A program made the translations under genes and the position numbers. Below the pieces are notes generated by a model that saw only the letters and a program-made list of their open reading frames with translations, was not told the origin of the DNA and did no database searches. Positions 38,194-48,512 of a DNA stretch of 64,000 bases are shown here, in pieces. The DNA is from Calditrichales bacterium. GTDB taxonomy: Bacteria > Calditrichota > Calditrichia > Calditrichales > J004. Positions within the stretch are counted from its first letter, which is position 1, and every line of letters starts with the position of its first letter. The stretch covers positions 384,001 to 448,000 of the forward strand of contig OZ254086.1 in assembly GCA_965267575.1 (NCBI GenBank). Direction: 5' to 3'.

Positions 38194-38742
38194 TTATGAT
38201 TGATTTTCGATGACATATATGGCGCGCAGGTTACGTTTTAGCTGGGCGTCGTCCAGTCCATAGCCTACCACGAATTTGTCATCAATGTCAAAACCGACAT
38301 AATCAATGTTAATATCGGCGATTGTTTTTGTTGATTTATGTAAAAGCGTCACAAACTTTAAAGACGCGGGGCCAAAAGCGTTGAGCATATCTCGTAAAAA
38401 TTTTACCGAAAGACCGGAATCAACAATATCCTCTACTACGATCACGTTGCGCCCGGCAATATCAGCGTTCAGCGGTTTTAATATTTTAATGTGGCCGGAC
38501 GATTCACGCTGGTTTCCGTAACTGGAAATGCGGATAAAATCCATTTCCACATCAATACTTATATGACGGATCAGATCTGCAAGAAAAATGAAGGCGCCGT
38601 TCAATACGCCAATGAGGATGGGCTTCTTGGTCTCATAGTCCCGGCTGATCGCTGCGCCCAATTCGGCAAGCCGTTTTTCAATCGCTTCTTCCGAATAGAG
38701 TATTTTGTAATTTGATTCAACTAGTTTTACGTGTTCTGGCAT
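38194..38742 (-). CDS. hpt: Hypoxanthine phosphoribosyltransferase
   Basis: GVLNGAFIFLADL, VVEDIVDSG, FVVGYGLD. Confidence 0.95.
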   Translation of the reverse strand: MPEHVKLVESNYKILYSEEAIEKRLAELGAAISRDYETKKPILIGVLNGAFIFLADLIRHISIDVEMDFIRISSYGNQRESSGHIKILKPLNADIAGRNVIVVEDIVDSGLSVKFLRDMLNAFGPASLKFVTLLHKSTKTIADINIDYVGFDIDDKFVVGYGLDDAQLKRNLRAIYVIENQS

Positions 38743-38747
38743 GGTTT

Positions 38748-40112
38748 TCAGATTTCTTCAATGGTTAATTTAAATATCTTGTTACAACTTTTATTCCACT
38801 TATATCGATTATCAATTCTGTATGCGCCGATCCAAACGATTTCCCCGCCATTTAACAGTAGCGGAATGTTTTTTTTGCGATCTGTACTCACCTTGTTATT
38901 CACAAAAAAGTCACTGACTTTCTGGCGTGTATTCATGCCAAGCGGGTAAAAAAAGTCACCTTTTTGCCAGGTGCGCAGCCTTAACGGCCAGGAGAGATTA
39001 TCACCGCAGATGTATTCAATATCCGGATTATTATCGATGCGAACCTCCGCCGCATCAACACTGTGTACTCCTATCCGGAAGCCGCCAAAATTGACGAACT
39101 GATCCGCGAAAAGTTCCGCAAACCCCGCATCTTTAGCGTCTCCGGAAAGAAAACGAAAGTGTGCCCTGTCTTTAACAACCCTGCACGCCATGCCCAAAAA
39201 CCACTGCCCGCCTCCCTGAGATTTGTGTGCAAAGGCGTCAAAATCCAGGAATTGTTTTTCCGATAAACTCCAATTTAAACCCGTGCTCCTCAAAACACAA
39301 TAATCCAGCAAGAGCCTTTGTCTCAGGCTGTTTTGCGACTTGTAATAGTTAACGGGCAAAAGCAGAACGTCTTTTTCCCACTCTACATTTTGCCGGAATT
39401 CGCCTTGCAATAGCAGGCGGTAATCTTCCAGGAAACGGATAAGCTTGCGGTGGCTCGTTTTGAAGTTTTCAAACGGCTGCACAAAAACATCTTCGATGGC
39501 AGGAAGAAGCACGCGCCGCATGGACGAACGCAGATTTGTCCCATGGAGATTACTTTTATCAACGCGGTAAGCGATAGCATTACGTGCCAGGTAGTGTTCA
39601 ATCTGCCTGCGATCTGTAAAGAGCAGCGGGCGGATAAAGTGAGTGCGCTTAATCGGGATCCCCGCCAGGCCACGGGGGCCGCTGCCATGAAACAGGCGCA
39701 TCAGGAAAGTCTCAAGCTGATCGCTAAGAGTGTGAGCGGTGGCGATCTTCAAACCGGGCGTGGAAGCCAGGTGTTTTTCAAAAAGACCGTAGCGGGCCTC
39801 GCGCAGAACTTCCTCGGATGCGTCCTTGTCAACGCCCTTAAGCCGGCTGGCATAGAACGGCACTCCCCGCTCACCACAGAGATCGCGGCAAAAACGCTCA
39901 TCTTCATCGCTTTCCTTGCCACGCGTTCCATGATTGATATGCAGCGCGCTGATGCTCAGCTCATATGATTGTTTAATTTCAAGCAGGAGATGCAACAGGC
40001 AAACGGAATCGGCCCCGCCGGACAAGGCCACGCAGATTTTATCTCCGGTGGAGATAAGGTGGGAAGAATCAACAAAGTCGGTAAATTCTTGGATTAACAC
40101 GATAGGCGGCAT
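38748..40112 (-). CDS. tilS: tRNA(Ile)-lysidine synthetase
   Basis: ALSGGADS, HINHG, AHTLSDQLET, IRPLL; C-terminal KVSDFF domain; tilS-hpt-ftsH synteny. Confidence 0.93.
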   Translation of the reverse strand: MPPIVLIQEFTDFVDSSHLISTGDKICVALSGGADSVCLLHLLLEIKQSYELSISALHINHGTRGKESDEDERFCRDLCGERGVPFYASRLKGVDKDASEEVLREARYGLFEKHLASTPGLKIATAHTLSDQLETFLMRLFHGSGPRGLAGIPIKRTHFIRPLLFTDRRQIEHYLARNAIAYRVDKSNLHGTNLRSSMRRVLLPAIEDVFVQPFENFKTSHRKLIRFLEDYRLLLQGEFRQNVEWEKDVLLLPVNYYKSQNSLRQRLLLDYCVLRSTGLNWSLSEKQFLDFDAFAHKSQGGGQWFLGMACRVVKDRAHFRFLSGDAKDAGFAELFADQFVNFGGFRIGVHSVDAAEVRIDNNPDIEYICGDNLSWPLRLRTWQKGDFFYPLGMNTRQKVSDFFVNNKVSTDRKKNIPLLLNGGEIVWIGAYRIDNRYKWNKSCNKIFKLTIEEI

Positions 40113-40122
40113 GCTAAAAAAG

Positions 40123-40196
40123 TAGCGGCGCAGGGACTCGAACCCCGGACACTCGGATTATGATTCCGATGCTCTAACCAACTGAGCTACGCCGCC
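40123..40196 (-). tRNA. tRNA-Met(CAT), probably elongator; CCA not encoded
   Basis: GGCGGCGTAGCTCAGTTGGTTAGAGCATCGGAAT-CAT-AATCCGAGTGTCCGGGGTTCGAGTCCCTGCGCCGCTA folds as a cloverleaf. Confidence 0.93.
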
Positions 40197-40234
40197 ATAA
40201 AAAATAGGTGGCCCTTTTAAGAACCACCTTATTT
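40197..40234 (-). terminator. Hairpin plus T-run between the two tRNAs (terminator or processing signal)
   Basis: Minus strand AGGTGGTTCTTAAAAGGGCCACCT followed by ATTTTTT. Confidence 0.55.
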
Positions 40235-40238
40235 GTAG

Positions 40239-40312
<74 letters not shown>

Positions 40313-40327
40313 ATCAATAGGACAACT

Positions 40328-40356
40328 AATATAGGGGTGTCATACATTTATGTCAA
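40328..40356 (-). promoter_or_regulatory. Near-consensus sigma70 promoter for the tRNA pair, overlapping the lpxK 3' end
   Basis: TTGACA-N17-TATATT, 15 nt before tRNA-fMet. Confidence 0.8.
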
Positions 40357-41368
40357 GGAGTGATTTAAGTTTTTCGCGGAGAAAACGGGGCTCATCAACC
40401 ACAACATTTCCGGACAGAGCATAGACTGGAATAGTTGCTTTTATCAGGGAAACGATCGTGTCGTCGGCTGCAAGTTTTACAAGGTCTTTTTCCGTGCAAA
40501 CAAGCATCCGGCATCGGGCTTTTTCGGCCGCGCGTAATACGTGTTCGATTGCATCAACGGTATAGGCGGCATGGTCCCGGAAAAAGCGCAGGCCCGCAAC
40601 TTTAGCTCCATGCCGGGACACAGCCTCTGCAAAAGAAGCCGGCTGTGCAATAGCCGCAAAAATGAAAACTGAAGCATCCCGCAAGATGTCTGGTTCATGG
40701 TGGCCAAATGAAATGTCGAGCAAATGGCTTGTTTCGAAACGGGACGGTACGGTCTGCCCGGCGGAAGAGTATACGCGCGGCCGGCCTTGATCGCTGTGCG
40801 TTTCCACGATGAGATCGGCACGTTTCAAGCGGTATTTCGGTTCGCGCAGCGTGCCTACGGGAAGAATAAAATTGCCACGCCAGGGCTGACGGCGGCTGAT
40901 CAAAACAATGTCCAGATCACGGGCAGCGGCGCGGTGCTGAAAGCCATCGTCCAGGATGATTACATCCGCGTTTTTTTCGACGGCCTGTATCGCCTCCCGG
41001 CGCTTTTCGGCAACAACCACTACTGCATCCGGTAAGCGCCGCGCGATCAGCCAGGGTTCGTCGCCGCCTTGTTGGGGACTGACAAGAATCTTTTGCCCGT
41101 CGCTTACGCGAAGCAGGCCGCGCGACACACGGCCATAACCGCGGCTTACGACAGCAATACGCTTGCCGTGGCTTTGCAGCAATCGGCCTAAATAAATAAC
41201 AAAGGGCGTTTTGCCCGTGCCACCGGCAGTAATGTTGCCAACGGAAATAACAGGCACTTTGGCCTTGTAGCTCCTGAACAATCCCAGATCGTACAGCAGA
41301 TTGCGCAGCTCGATAATGGCCGCGTACAACAGGGAAAACGGCAACAACAGATAGCGCAGCGGGTTCAT
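40340..41368 (-). CDS. lpxK: Tetraacyldisaccharide 4'-kinase
   Basis: PVISVGNITAGGTGKTP, SRGYG, GDEP, LDDGFQH, GTLRE, TEKD. Confidence 0.95.
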   Translation of the reverse strand: MNPLRYLLLPFSLLYAAIIELRNLLYDLGLFRSYKAKVPVISVGNITAGGTGKTPFVIYLGRLLQSHGKRIAVVSRGYGRVSRGLLRVSDGQKILVSPQQGGDEPWLIARRLPDAVVVVAEKRREAIQAVEKNADVIILDDGFQHRAAARDLDIVLISRRQPWRGNFILPVGTLREPKYRLKRADLIVETHSDQGRPRVYSSAGQTVPSRFETSHLLDISFGHHEPDILRDASVFIFAAIAQPASFAEAVSRHGAKVAGLRFFRDHAAYTVDAIEHVLRAAEKARCRMLVCTEKDLVKLAADDTIVSLIKATIPVYALSGNVVVDEPRFLREKLKSLLDINV

Positions 41369-42828
41369 TTCAGTTTACCTGCCAGACGCTTTAACTGCAG
41401 CCATTCACCGCGGTCCAGGAAACCGCCCAGGAACAATAAAAGCGGCACAATAGCCAGAAACAGCAGTTTGTGCCAGAGCAACAAATCAATCCCGTAATAC
41501 AATCCCAACGCGACCGAAAGCACAATCAGCAACAATGTGATGCGACGGTACTCATACGGCACGTGGTACAGCTTCTGGTTGGCAATATAGATGGTTACGG
41601 TCATTACAAGGTAGCTCAGCAGCGTGGCAACGGCAGCGCCCATCATGCCAAAAGCGGGCATCAGGTAGAAATTACTGGAAACATTAACCAGCGCTGCCAG
41701 ACCGGTAAACAGAATCATCCAGCGTGTTTTTTTGGTAATGTATATGCCGACCGTGAAGTTAACGTAAAAGCCATACAGCATGTAAGACACCAGGATCACC
41801 GGAATGATGCCGATGCCGCCCCAATAATTTTCACCCATCAGCGTGCGGTTGCCGGGCAGAGGAAAACGCACCAGATCGCCGATGAAAAAGGTAACCACAA
41901 TGGTGATCAGGGTGGCCATGAGTGTAAAATATGTTAAAACGCGGGCATAGATGCGTCTGGCATCTTCCTGTTTGGCGATCTTTAAAAAGAAGGGCTGCCA
42001 TGCGGTGCGGAAAGCCATTACCAGCATCAGCAAAATGGTGCCGAAACGGTAGTTGGCGGAGTAGACGCCCAGGGTTTCCTTGTCCAGCAGAATGCGCATC
42101 AGGAATTTGTCGCTAACTTCAACAACCAGGTAGGCGATGCCGTTGGGGATCATCGGCAGGGCAAACAGCAGCATTTCGCGCAGTGCCGGTTTTTCGAATT
42201 GGCCTTTGAGGTAAGGTTTCTGGGCCGGAATTAAAACGATCAGATTAACGAGCGCCGACAACGCGTTGGCGTAAATAATGCCTTTTACCCCCTGCTTCAG
42301 CACAACCACAAAAACGATATTCAGGGCCAGCTCGACGACAAAGCGCGAAACACGGATGCCGGTGTAGGCAACGGAGCGCTCTTCGGCACGCAGGATGAGA
42401 TAGGGCAGGTTGCAAAACGTGTCAAAGGTGAGGATCACTGCCGCCATCTGCACAAAGAAAATGTACTGATCGCTGCCAAAAATGACCACGGACAAAGGCT
42501 CGGCTGCCAGGAAAATGATCAGCGACATCAGCAGCGCGTTGCCGCCCACAAACAGGAATGCGGTTTTGTAGATATTTTCACGGCTGAAGCGGCCCAGAAA
42601 ATAGTAGCGCATAAAGGCGGCATCCATCCCATATAGATAGATGATATTCATAAAAGCGATAAAGGTGTAAACCAGGGTATAGTCGCCGTAATCGCTGCTG
42701 GAGGCCAGGTAGGAGACGTCCGTATAAATGGGCAGCATGATCAGCCCCAGCGTACGTTGAATAAAAGTGCTGAAGGTGTAAATAAAAGAGTGACGGGAAA
42801 GATTTATCAGATTGGCTTTGAGCGACAC
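41365..42828 (-). CDS. Wzx/MOP-superfamily oligosaccharide flippase
   Basis: Roughly 12-14 TM segments, LPIYT, GMDAAFMRYY, GVYSANYR, GMMGAAVAT; likely GTG start at 42828. Confidence 0.85.
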   Translation of the reverse strand: MSLKANLINLSRHSFIYTFSTFIQRTLGLIMLPIYTDVSYLASSSDYGDYTLVYTFIAFMNIIYLYGMDAAFMRYYFLGRFSRENIYKTAFLFVGGNALLMSLIIFLAAEPLSVVIFGSDQYIFFVQMAAVILTFDTFCNLPYLILRAEERSVAYTGIRVSRFVVELALNIVFVVVLKQGVKGIIYANALSALVNLIVLIPAQKPYLKGQFEKPALREMLLFALPMIPNGIAYLVVEVSDKFLMRILLDKETLGVYSANYRFGTILLMLVMAFRTAWQPFFLKIAKQEDARRIYARVLTYFTLMATLITIVVTFFIGDLVRFPLPGNRTLMGENYWGGIGIIPVILVSYMLYGFYVNFTVGIYITKKTRWMILFTGLAALVNVSSNFYLMPAFGMMGAAVATLLSYLVMTVTIYIANQKLYHVPYEYRRITLLLIVLSVALGLYYGIDLLLWHKLLFLAIVPLLLFLGGFLDRGEWLQLKRLAGKLK

Positions 42829-42835
42829 GGCGTTT

Positions 42836-43270
42836 CTACTTGTTGCGCTTGTGTTGATGGGCCAGTGCCTGGACGGCCAAAACATAGCCGTATGGTCCAA
42901 GTCCGGTTATGGTGCCGCGTACGACACCGGAAACAACCGACTTGCGGCGGAACTCCTCGCGGCCGGCGGTATTACTGATATGCACCTCAATAACCGGCTT
43001 TGAGATGGAAGAGATCGCGTCGCGGATGGCGTAGGCGTAATGGGTAAACGCTCCGGGGTTGATCACAACGCCGTCATAGACCTCTTCGGCCTGCTGCAGG
43101 CGGTCAACTATTTCGCCTTCGTGGTTGGATTGAAAAAAATCCACCTGCACCTTTTTAAAATAGCCGGCGATAAATTTATTCATCTCTTCCAGCGTCATCC
43201 GTCCGTAAACATCGGGCTCGCGCTTGCCCAGCATATTCAGATTCGGTCCGTTGATGATCAGCACCTTCAT
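42836..43270 (-). CDS. aroQ: Type II 3-dehydroquinate dehydratase
   Basis: NGPNLNMLGKREPDVYG, QSNHEG, NPGAFTH, EVHISN. Confidence 0.97.
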   Translation of the reverse strand: MKVLIINGPNLNMLGKREPDVYGRMTLEEMNKFIAGYFKKVQVDFFQSNHEGEIVDRLQQAEEVYDGVVINPGAFTHYAYAIRDAISSISKPVIEVHISNTAGREEFRRKSVVSGVVRGTITGLGPYGYVLAVQALAHQHKRNK

Positions 43271-44358
43271 TGCGTTTTGCCCTCCTCTGCGGAAAAGATC
43301 GTAAATGCGTCACGGATCAGTTGTTCATCGGCTTTGTCTTCCACCAGCCAGCTGCCAATTTGCGATACCAGCACCAGCCTGATGTTGCCGTCTTTTACTT
43401 TTTTGTCCAGCGCCATACGCTGCAGCAACTTTTGCGGATTGATACGCCGGGCATCGAACGTTACCGGCACCTGCCGCAGCAGCGCCACGCCGCGCCGGTA
43501 ATCGGCTTCCTGCAACAGTTGGCGCTTGCGGGCATAATGCAGCGCGCAGCGCATGCCCAGAATGACCGCCTCCCCGTGTCGCAATCCGCTGAAAGCAAAC
43601 TCCGCTTCCAGGGCATGCCCGAAAGTATGGCCAAAATTGAGGATCATGCGCAGGCCCTTTTCCTGCTCATCCTGCTCCACCACGCGCGCCTTCTGCTGAG
43701 AAGATAAGTAGACGATGTGATTTAAGGTTTCGGCATCGGAAGCCAGCGCCTTTTGCAGATTGTCTTCCAGGAAATTAAAAAGCCCGGGATTGCCGATAAA
43801 GCCGTATTTGATAACCTCACCCAGCCCACAGCGCAGTTCCTCTGCCGGCAGCGTCTTCAGCAGGCTGCAATCGCTTAATACAAAAAGCGGGTGCTTGAAG
43901 GCGCCGATGAGGTTTTTACCCATAGGATGGTTGATGCCGGTTTTCCCGCCAATACTGCTATCCACCTGGGCCAGCAAGGAAGTAGGGATTTGCACCAGTT
44001 TGACGCCACGCAGATAGGTGGCTGCCACATAACCGGCCAGGTCGCCCACCACCCCTCCGCCAAAGGCCAGTACCGTAGCGCTGCGTTCAAAATGCTGCTC
44101 CAGCATCTCCGTGTAAATGCGCTGCAACTCTTCGTTGGATTTGGCTTTTTCACTGTCCGGCACGAGCATGTAGCGGGCATCCGGCAATAGCCTGCGCATG
44201 GTGTCGCCATAGAGTTTCCAGACTGTGGGGTTGGAGATGATCAACAGTTGTTTATCCGCTTTATTTTCGCGCAACAGCCGCGGCAGTTCGCTTAAAATAC
44301 CTTCGCCAATGTAGATGGGGTAACGGCTATGCGGCAGGTTCACGTCAACGGTTTTCAT
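43267..44358 (-). CDS. aroB: 3-dehydroquinate synthase
   Basis: GGGVVGDLAG, LAQVDSSIGGKTG, LNFGHTFGHALE, HGEAV. Confidence 0.97.
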   Translation of the reverse strand: MKTVDVNLPHSRYPIYIGEGILSELPRLLRENKADKQLLIISNPTVWKLYGDTMRRLLPDARYMLVPDSEKAKSNEELQRIYTEMLEQHFERSATVLAFGGGVVGDLAGYVAATYLRGVKLVQIPTSLLAQVDSSIGGKTGINHPMGKNLIGAFKHPLFVLSDCSLLKTLPAEELRCGLGEVIKYGFIGNPGLFNFLEDNLQKALASDAETLNHIVYLSSQQKARVVEQDEQEKGLRMILNFGHTFGHALEAEFAFSGLRHGEAVILGMRCALHYARKRQLLQEADYRRGVALLRQVPVTFDARRINPQKLLQRMALDKKVKDGNIRLVLVSQIGSWLVEDKADEQLIRDAFTIFSAEEGKTQ

Positions 44359-44897
44359 GTACCTTTATACCCTTCGATAAGGTTGAGCAATTCGGCGGCC
44401 ACATTTTCCGCTTCCAGGCCGTCACGGTTAAAAACGATATGCGCCTGCTCGTAATCGCTCTGGCGCACATCCAGCAGGTTTTTAATTCTCTCCAGCATTT
44501 CATCCGGGCCGGAAGCATCGCGCAGCAGTGGGCGCGTTTGTTTGTGTTGCACGCGCTTCAAAATTTCTTCGGGCGCGCTCTTTAAATAAATAACGAGCCC
44601 GCTTTGCCTTAAAATCTCGCGGTTCGTTTTGGAAACCACCGCCCCTCCGCCCAGGGCGATCACAGCCTTTTGCTCTTTCCGGCTCATCTCGCGGATGGTA
44701 ATCTCTTCCATCATGCGGAAATCATCTTCACCGTCTTCGGCAAAAATGCGGTCGATTGTTTTGTTTGCCCGCTGTTCAATAATGTGGTCAACATCGAAGA
44801 ATTGCCGCTTCATTCTGCTGGCCAGCAGCGGGCCTATGCGACTTTTGCCGGCACCCATAAAACCGCTGAGGAAGATATGCTTTTCGTTCAGATTCAT
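44355..44897 (-). CDS. aroK: Shikimate kinase
   Basis: GFMGAGKS, GEDDFR, ALGGG, RPLL. Confidence 0.95.
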   Translation of the reverse strand: MNLNEKHIFLSGFMGAGKSRIGPLLASRMKRQFFDVDHIIEQRANKTIDRIFAEDGEDDFRMMEEITIREMSRKEQKAVIALGGGAVVSKTNREILRQSGLVIYLKSAPEEILKRVQHKQTRPLLRDASGPDEMLERIKNLLDVRQSDYEQAHIVFNRDGLEAENVAAELLNLIEGYKGT

Positions 44898-45544
44898 TCG
44901 AATAACACCATTTGTTTGCTACCTGTTTTTGAACCAAAGCGGCGCAGGAATGTTTTGCGGTGAATTTCGCAGGCGCCGTGCTTATCTATCGCCGCAAGGT
45001 GCTCCGCGGTGGCATAACCCTTGTGCTTGTCAAAACCGTATTGCGGCCACTGTTCGTGCCATTTTTCCATCAGCCTGTCGCGATGCACTTTAGCCAAAAT
45101 GGAGGCCGCGGCAATGCTCAGCGATTTGCCGTCCCCCTTGATAACCGCCTGGCCTTTGAGCACTTCCGTGCCATCGCGGTAGAGAAACGAAGGAAAATCG
45201 CGTCCGTCCACGAGCACAAACTCCGGGCGCTGTTCCAGGGTGTTCAGACAACGCTTCATGGCCAGAAAGGTGGCTTTTATAATATTGTGGCGATCGATCT
45301 CCTCAACGCTTGCTTCGGCAACGGCGTAGCACAAGGCTTTTTCACGGATCAGCGGCTCCAGCTCCTGACGTTTTTTTTCATTAAGCTTTTTGGAATCATT
45401 GATGGCGGTAAGTCTTTGCGCCGGCGGCCAGATCACCGCAGCAGCCACCACCGGCCCGCCCAACGGACCGCGCCCTACCTCATCGACGCCCGCCAGCAGG
45501 CGCACGCCGTTTTTCCAGTACGTATTATCAAATCGGATAGTCAT
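44894..45544 (-). CDS. rnhB: Ribonuclease HII
   Basis: GVDEVGRG, DSKKL, KGD, IAAASILAKV, HKGY. Confidence 0.96.
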   Translation of the reverse strand: MTIRFDNTYWKNGVRLLAGVDEVGRGPLGGPVVAAAVIWPPAQRLTAINDSKKLNEKKRQELEPLIREKALCYAVAEASVEEIDRHNIIKATFLAMKRCLNTLEQRPEFVLVDGRDFPSFLYRDGTEVLKGQAVIKGDGKSLSIAAASILAKVHRDRLMEKWHEQWPQYGFDKHKGYATAEHLAAIDKHGACEIHRKTFLRRFGSKTGSKQMVLFE

Positions 45545-45583
45545 ATTAGATGGGAAAAATTACTGCGTGACGGCTTAGGATAC

Positions 45584-45612
45584 AAAAAAAAGGCTGCCCA
45601 GGGGACAGCCTT
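45584..45612 (-). terminator. Intrinsic terminator
   Basis: aaggctgccc agg ggacagcctt hairpin with a T-run on the minus strand. Confidence 0.8.
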
Positions 45613-45617
45613 ATTAG

Positions 45618-46379
45618 TCAAATGACACTTATATCATATTTGTTCTTAATGTTGGTTTTGAGCTTTTGCTCGAGATTATCGCAATCACCATTGCCATTAT
45701 GGTCATTAATGACCAGGTCGCCATTTGTTTCAAGCTGCATAGCGCCATCGTCAAGACATTGCGTAATGTCGATATTTTCCAGCCACTCGCCCACGTTCAA
45801 ATTCAGGATGACATTGTTGGTCTCGCCTTCCCGGATAACGATACCGTTCGGTTGCTCAAAACGCACATCTTCATTCAGCTTTAATATAATCGTAAATCCT
45901 CTTTCGGGGTTGCCGTTATAATCGAATGTCCCGCTAATCATGAGCGTATTGTCCAGCAGAGGATCGCTTATTGCGATCAGCCCGTCTTCGCTTTTTGTAT
46001 CGTCCAGCCGTACATCAATGCGTTTATAGATGTCGGCGGGCACCTCAAAGGCGCCAATGGCAGGGACGGCAACACCGTCTATCAAATCTATAATGAACGG
46101 GCCGTCAAGACTAATCTGCCGGGTAGAGTCCTGCGTGCTGTCCGGAAGATCAAATTGAATATGCCGCACGTTGGCACGTGCCTCTGTTATAGTAAAAATC
46201 GTGCCGGAAGCATCGGTAATTTTAACTGACCCGTGTGAGGGAGCTTGGGCTTTATTCAAACCTGTCGAACTGAACCGCATACTAAAGGTGGCCAATGTAT
46301 CACTTGAATCTGTTCCACTGTCACACGCTGTGAAAGAAAGAATGAGCAGACTTACAAAAAAGGTGCTCAAGAATTTCAT
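45618..46379 (-). CDS. Lipoprotein of unknown function (beta-rich, loosely DUF4382-like)
   Basis: From ATG 46379 with GGAG RBS: FTAC lipobox; VPADIYKRIDVRL; two C-terminal Cys. Confidence 0.65.
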   Translation of the reverse strand: MKFLSTFFVSLLILSFTACDSGTDSSDTLATFSMRFSSTGLNKAQAPSHGSVKITDASGTIFTITEARANVRHIQFDLPDSTQDSTRQISLDGPFIIDLIDGVAVPAIGAFEVPADIYKRIDVRLDDTKSEDGLIAISDPLLDNTLMISGTFDYNGNPERGFTIILKLNEDVRFEQPNGIVIREGETNNVILNLNVGEWLENIDITQCLDDGAMQLETNGDLVINDHNGNGDCDNLEQKLKTNIKNKYDISVI

Positions 46380-46473
46380 AAATACTCCTATAGATGTTTC
46401 TTTTGTGATGGCTTTAAACAGCAACAAAATAAAGGGCTTCCCGCCGCTAAAGACGGGTAAGCCCCGCTAAAAC

Positions 46474-48468
46474 TTATCGGATAAGTGTCATTTTACGTGC
46501 CAGCGATATATCGGCAGAGCGCAGCATATAGATGTACATACCGCTCGAAACCACGGCGCCAGCCTCATTTCGTCCATCCCATTTAAAGCTATAATCACCG
46601 CTGCCAAGAGTTCCGTTGAACAGCGTCCGTACTTTGCGGCCAGTAATATCGTATACCTCAAGAATGATTTTTCCGGAAAGACCGCTGTTTATAGAAAACT
46701 CGATAATCGTTTCCGGGTTGAACGGGTTGGGATAGTTTGCATGTAACCGTAAGCCCTCGGGCAACACGATTGTTTCATCGTTAACCGATGTAACACCGCT
46801 GCTCTTTTCCAGCTTGGCCTGCAGAACCGTGTTTTCCAGTTGTGATTGCAGTGCCCAGACAGTCACCCTGTCGCCGGTTTTGAGACTTGCGGAAGTCGTT
46901 GATTGATAGTTTTGATCCAAAATAAGAGAGTTCGCGTCTGTACGGAATTGGGGGCCTTCAATTTCTATTAGGTCGTCCGTGAGTGCCGTAATATCTCCGC
47001 TGACCATGATCAGGCCGGGCTTGTCTTCCAGCTTGATTCGCACTGCCAGTAACTTGCCGTCGGCCTGCACACGACCCTTAATTTCCACAACATCGTCCAC
47101 CTTCAGATCACTGTAGGCCATGGTATTGCCCCGAAGATCCAGAACGACTGTCATGTCATTCACCAAAAAGTGTATACCGGATACCGTAATGGAATCGGCA
47201 TGCAATGCTTCGATCAGTCCTGTGAACTCTACCTCATCATTATCGCGGTCTTCAATCTTAATACGTTGAGCATACAGCGAGCCGTCGGCATTAAAACGAC
47301 CTTTCACCTCAACAAACAAGCCTGTGCTTACCTGCTGTAATTCAATAGGATTGTTATTATTATCAAGAATAACAGTAGCGTCATCTACTTGAAAAAGCGT
47401 GTTTTCAACGCCGATTGTATTTTCCGTTACCGAAGTCACCTGCCCGCTAAACTCCACCTCATTCTGATGAAAACGCTTTACCTTAATACGCTCTGCCGCT
47501 ATCACCTTGTCAGCAACAAGTGTACCTTTCACCTCCACACGCTGGCCTTTTTCCAGGTCTGTGATTGTGACCGTATCTTTGGCGAAATTCATGATTAGCG
47601 TGCGCGGGTTTATCTCGACCCGGTAATCAAGAAGCTCAATAAAATTAACACCAACGGAATCTATGCGACCGGTGATTTCAATCTCGTTTTCATCGTCGTC
47701 TTCCACCTTGATACGTAACGCCGTCAGCAACCCGTCTTCTGCAATAGCGGCTTTCACTTCCACAAACAAGCCTACCGTCAGGTCGGAAAAACTGCCGGGT
47801 TGATCGTTTCGCAGCTCAATTAAGGTAGCATTTGTAACCCGTATATGGCGATTGTTAATCACGATCTCATCAACGAGCACCGAATCAATGTGCCCGGAGA
47901 ATTCCAGCTCATTGTCAAAATCCGGCTCTTCCAGTTCGATCTCATCCGCCACAAGTGAGTCAGTGCCGATAAAATGGCCTTCAACTTCCACGAACATGCC
48001 GACTTTCAGCTGATCGAAGGTGACCTCCAAACCATGAGCACCCTCGATACGCGTGTGAGCTGTTACGGTAAAGAGGTAACCATTTACTTTAATGCTATTA
48101 TCTGTAAGTGCGGCAATCAGGCCTTTGGTTTCCAATTCACGTTCATCATCATCGTCGTCCTTTCCTTCGCGTTCTATCTTTTCAGCATAGTAGCGATTTT
48201 CTGAAATAAGACGGCCTTCCACCTCAACGAAATCACCCACGGCCAGATCACTAAAAATGATCTCGCCTTCATCATCCTTGTATTCTGTATGGAAATCCAC
48301 ATCAAAGATAAAACCGTTTACCACGAGGCTGTCTTCTCCAATGCTCTGGATCGCTCCTTCAACTTCTATGTCATCGTCATCTGCGAGTAGCGCGGAACTC
48401 AATGAAAACAAAAAGATAGCTATAAAAAGTATCAGCCATCTGCTGAAAATGGATGTAGCGTTGAACAT
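46474..48468 (-). CDS. T9SS cargo with seven DUF5666-like repeats
   Basis: Signal peptide from ATG 48468; seven ~72-75 aa repeats (G.I....D...V.G..F.V...T...DL.VG..VEV.G...A.RIK.E); NYPNPFNP...RKMTLIR CTD. Confidence 0.85.
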   Translation of the reverse strand: MFNATSIFSRWLILFIAIFLFSLSSALLADDDDIEVEGAIQSIGEDSLVVNGFIFDVDFHTEYKDDEGEIIFSDLAVGDFVEVEGRLISENRYYAEKIEREGKDDDDDERELETKGLIAALTDNSIKVNGYLFTVTAHTRIEGAHGLEVTFDQLKVGMFVEVEGHFIGTDSLVADEIELEEPDFDNELEFSGHIDSVLVDEIVINNRHIRVTNATLIELRNDQPGSFSDLTVGLFVEVKAAIAEDGLLTALRIKVEDDDENEIEITGRIDSVGVNFIELLDYRVEINPRTLIMNFAKDTVTITDLEKGQRVEVKGTLVADKVIAAERIKVKRFHQNEVEFSGQVTSVTENTIGVENTLFQVDDATVILDNNNNPIELQQVSTGLFVEVKGRFNADGSLYAQRIKIEDRDNDEVEFTGLIEALHADSITVSGIHFLVNDMTVVLDLRGNTMAYSDLKVDDVVEIKGRVQADGKLLAVRIKLEDKPGLIMVSGDITALTDDLIEIEGPQFRTDANSLILDQNYQSTTSASLKTGDRVTVWALQSQLENTVLQAKLEKSSGVTSVNDETIVLPEGLRLHANYPNPFNPETIIEFSINSGLSGKIILEVYDITGRKVRTLFNGTLGSGDYSFKWDGRNEAGAVVSSGMYIYMLRSADISLARKMTLIR

Positions 48469-48512
48469 GTCCTTTCTCCTTCTATTAAAGTTTTTTGACG
48501 GACATATTCTAT

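Noticed and set aside
40123-40196. tRNA-Ile2(CAT), because it sits next to tilS
   Set aside because: The GGCGGCG acceptor stem lacks the C4/C5 pairs used by E. coli TilS and resembles elongator Met. Ile2 is not fully excluded without an isotype model.
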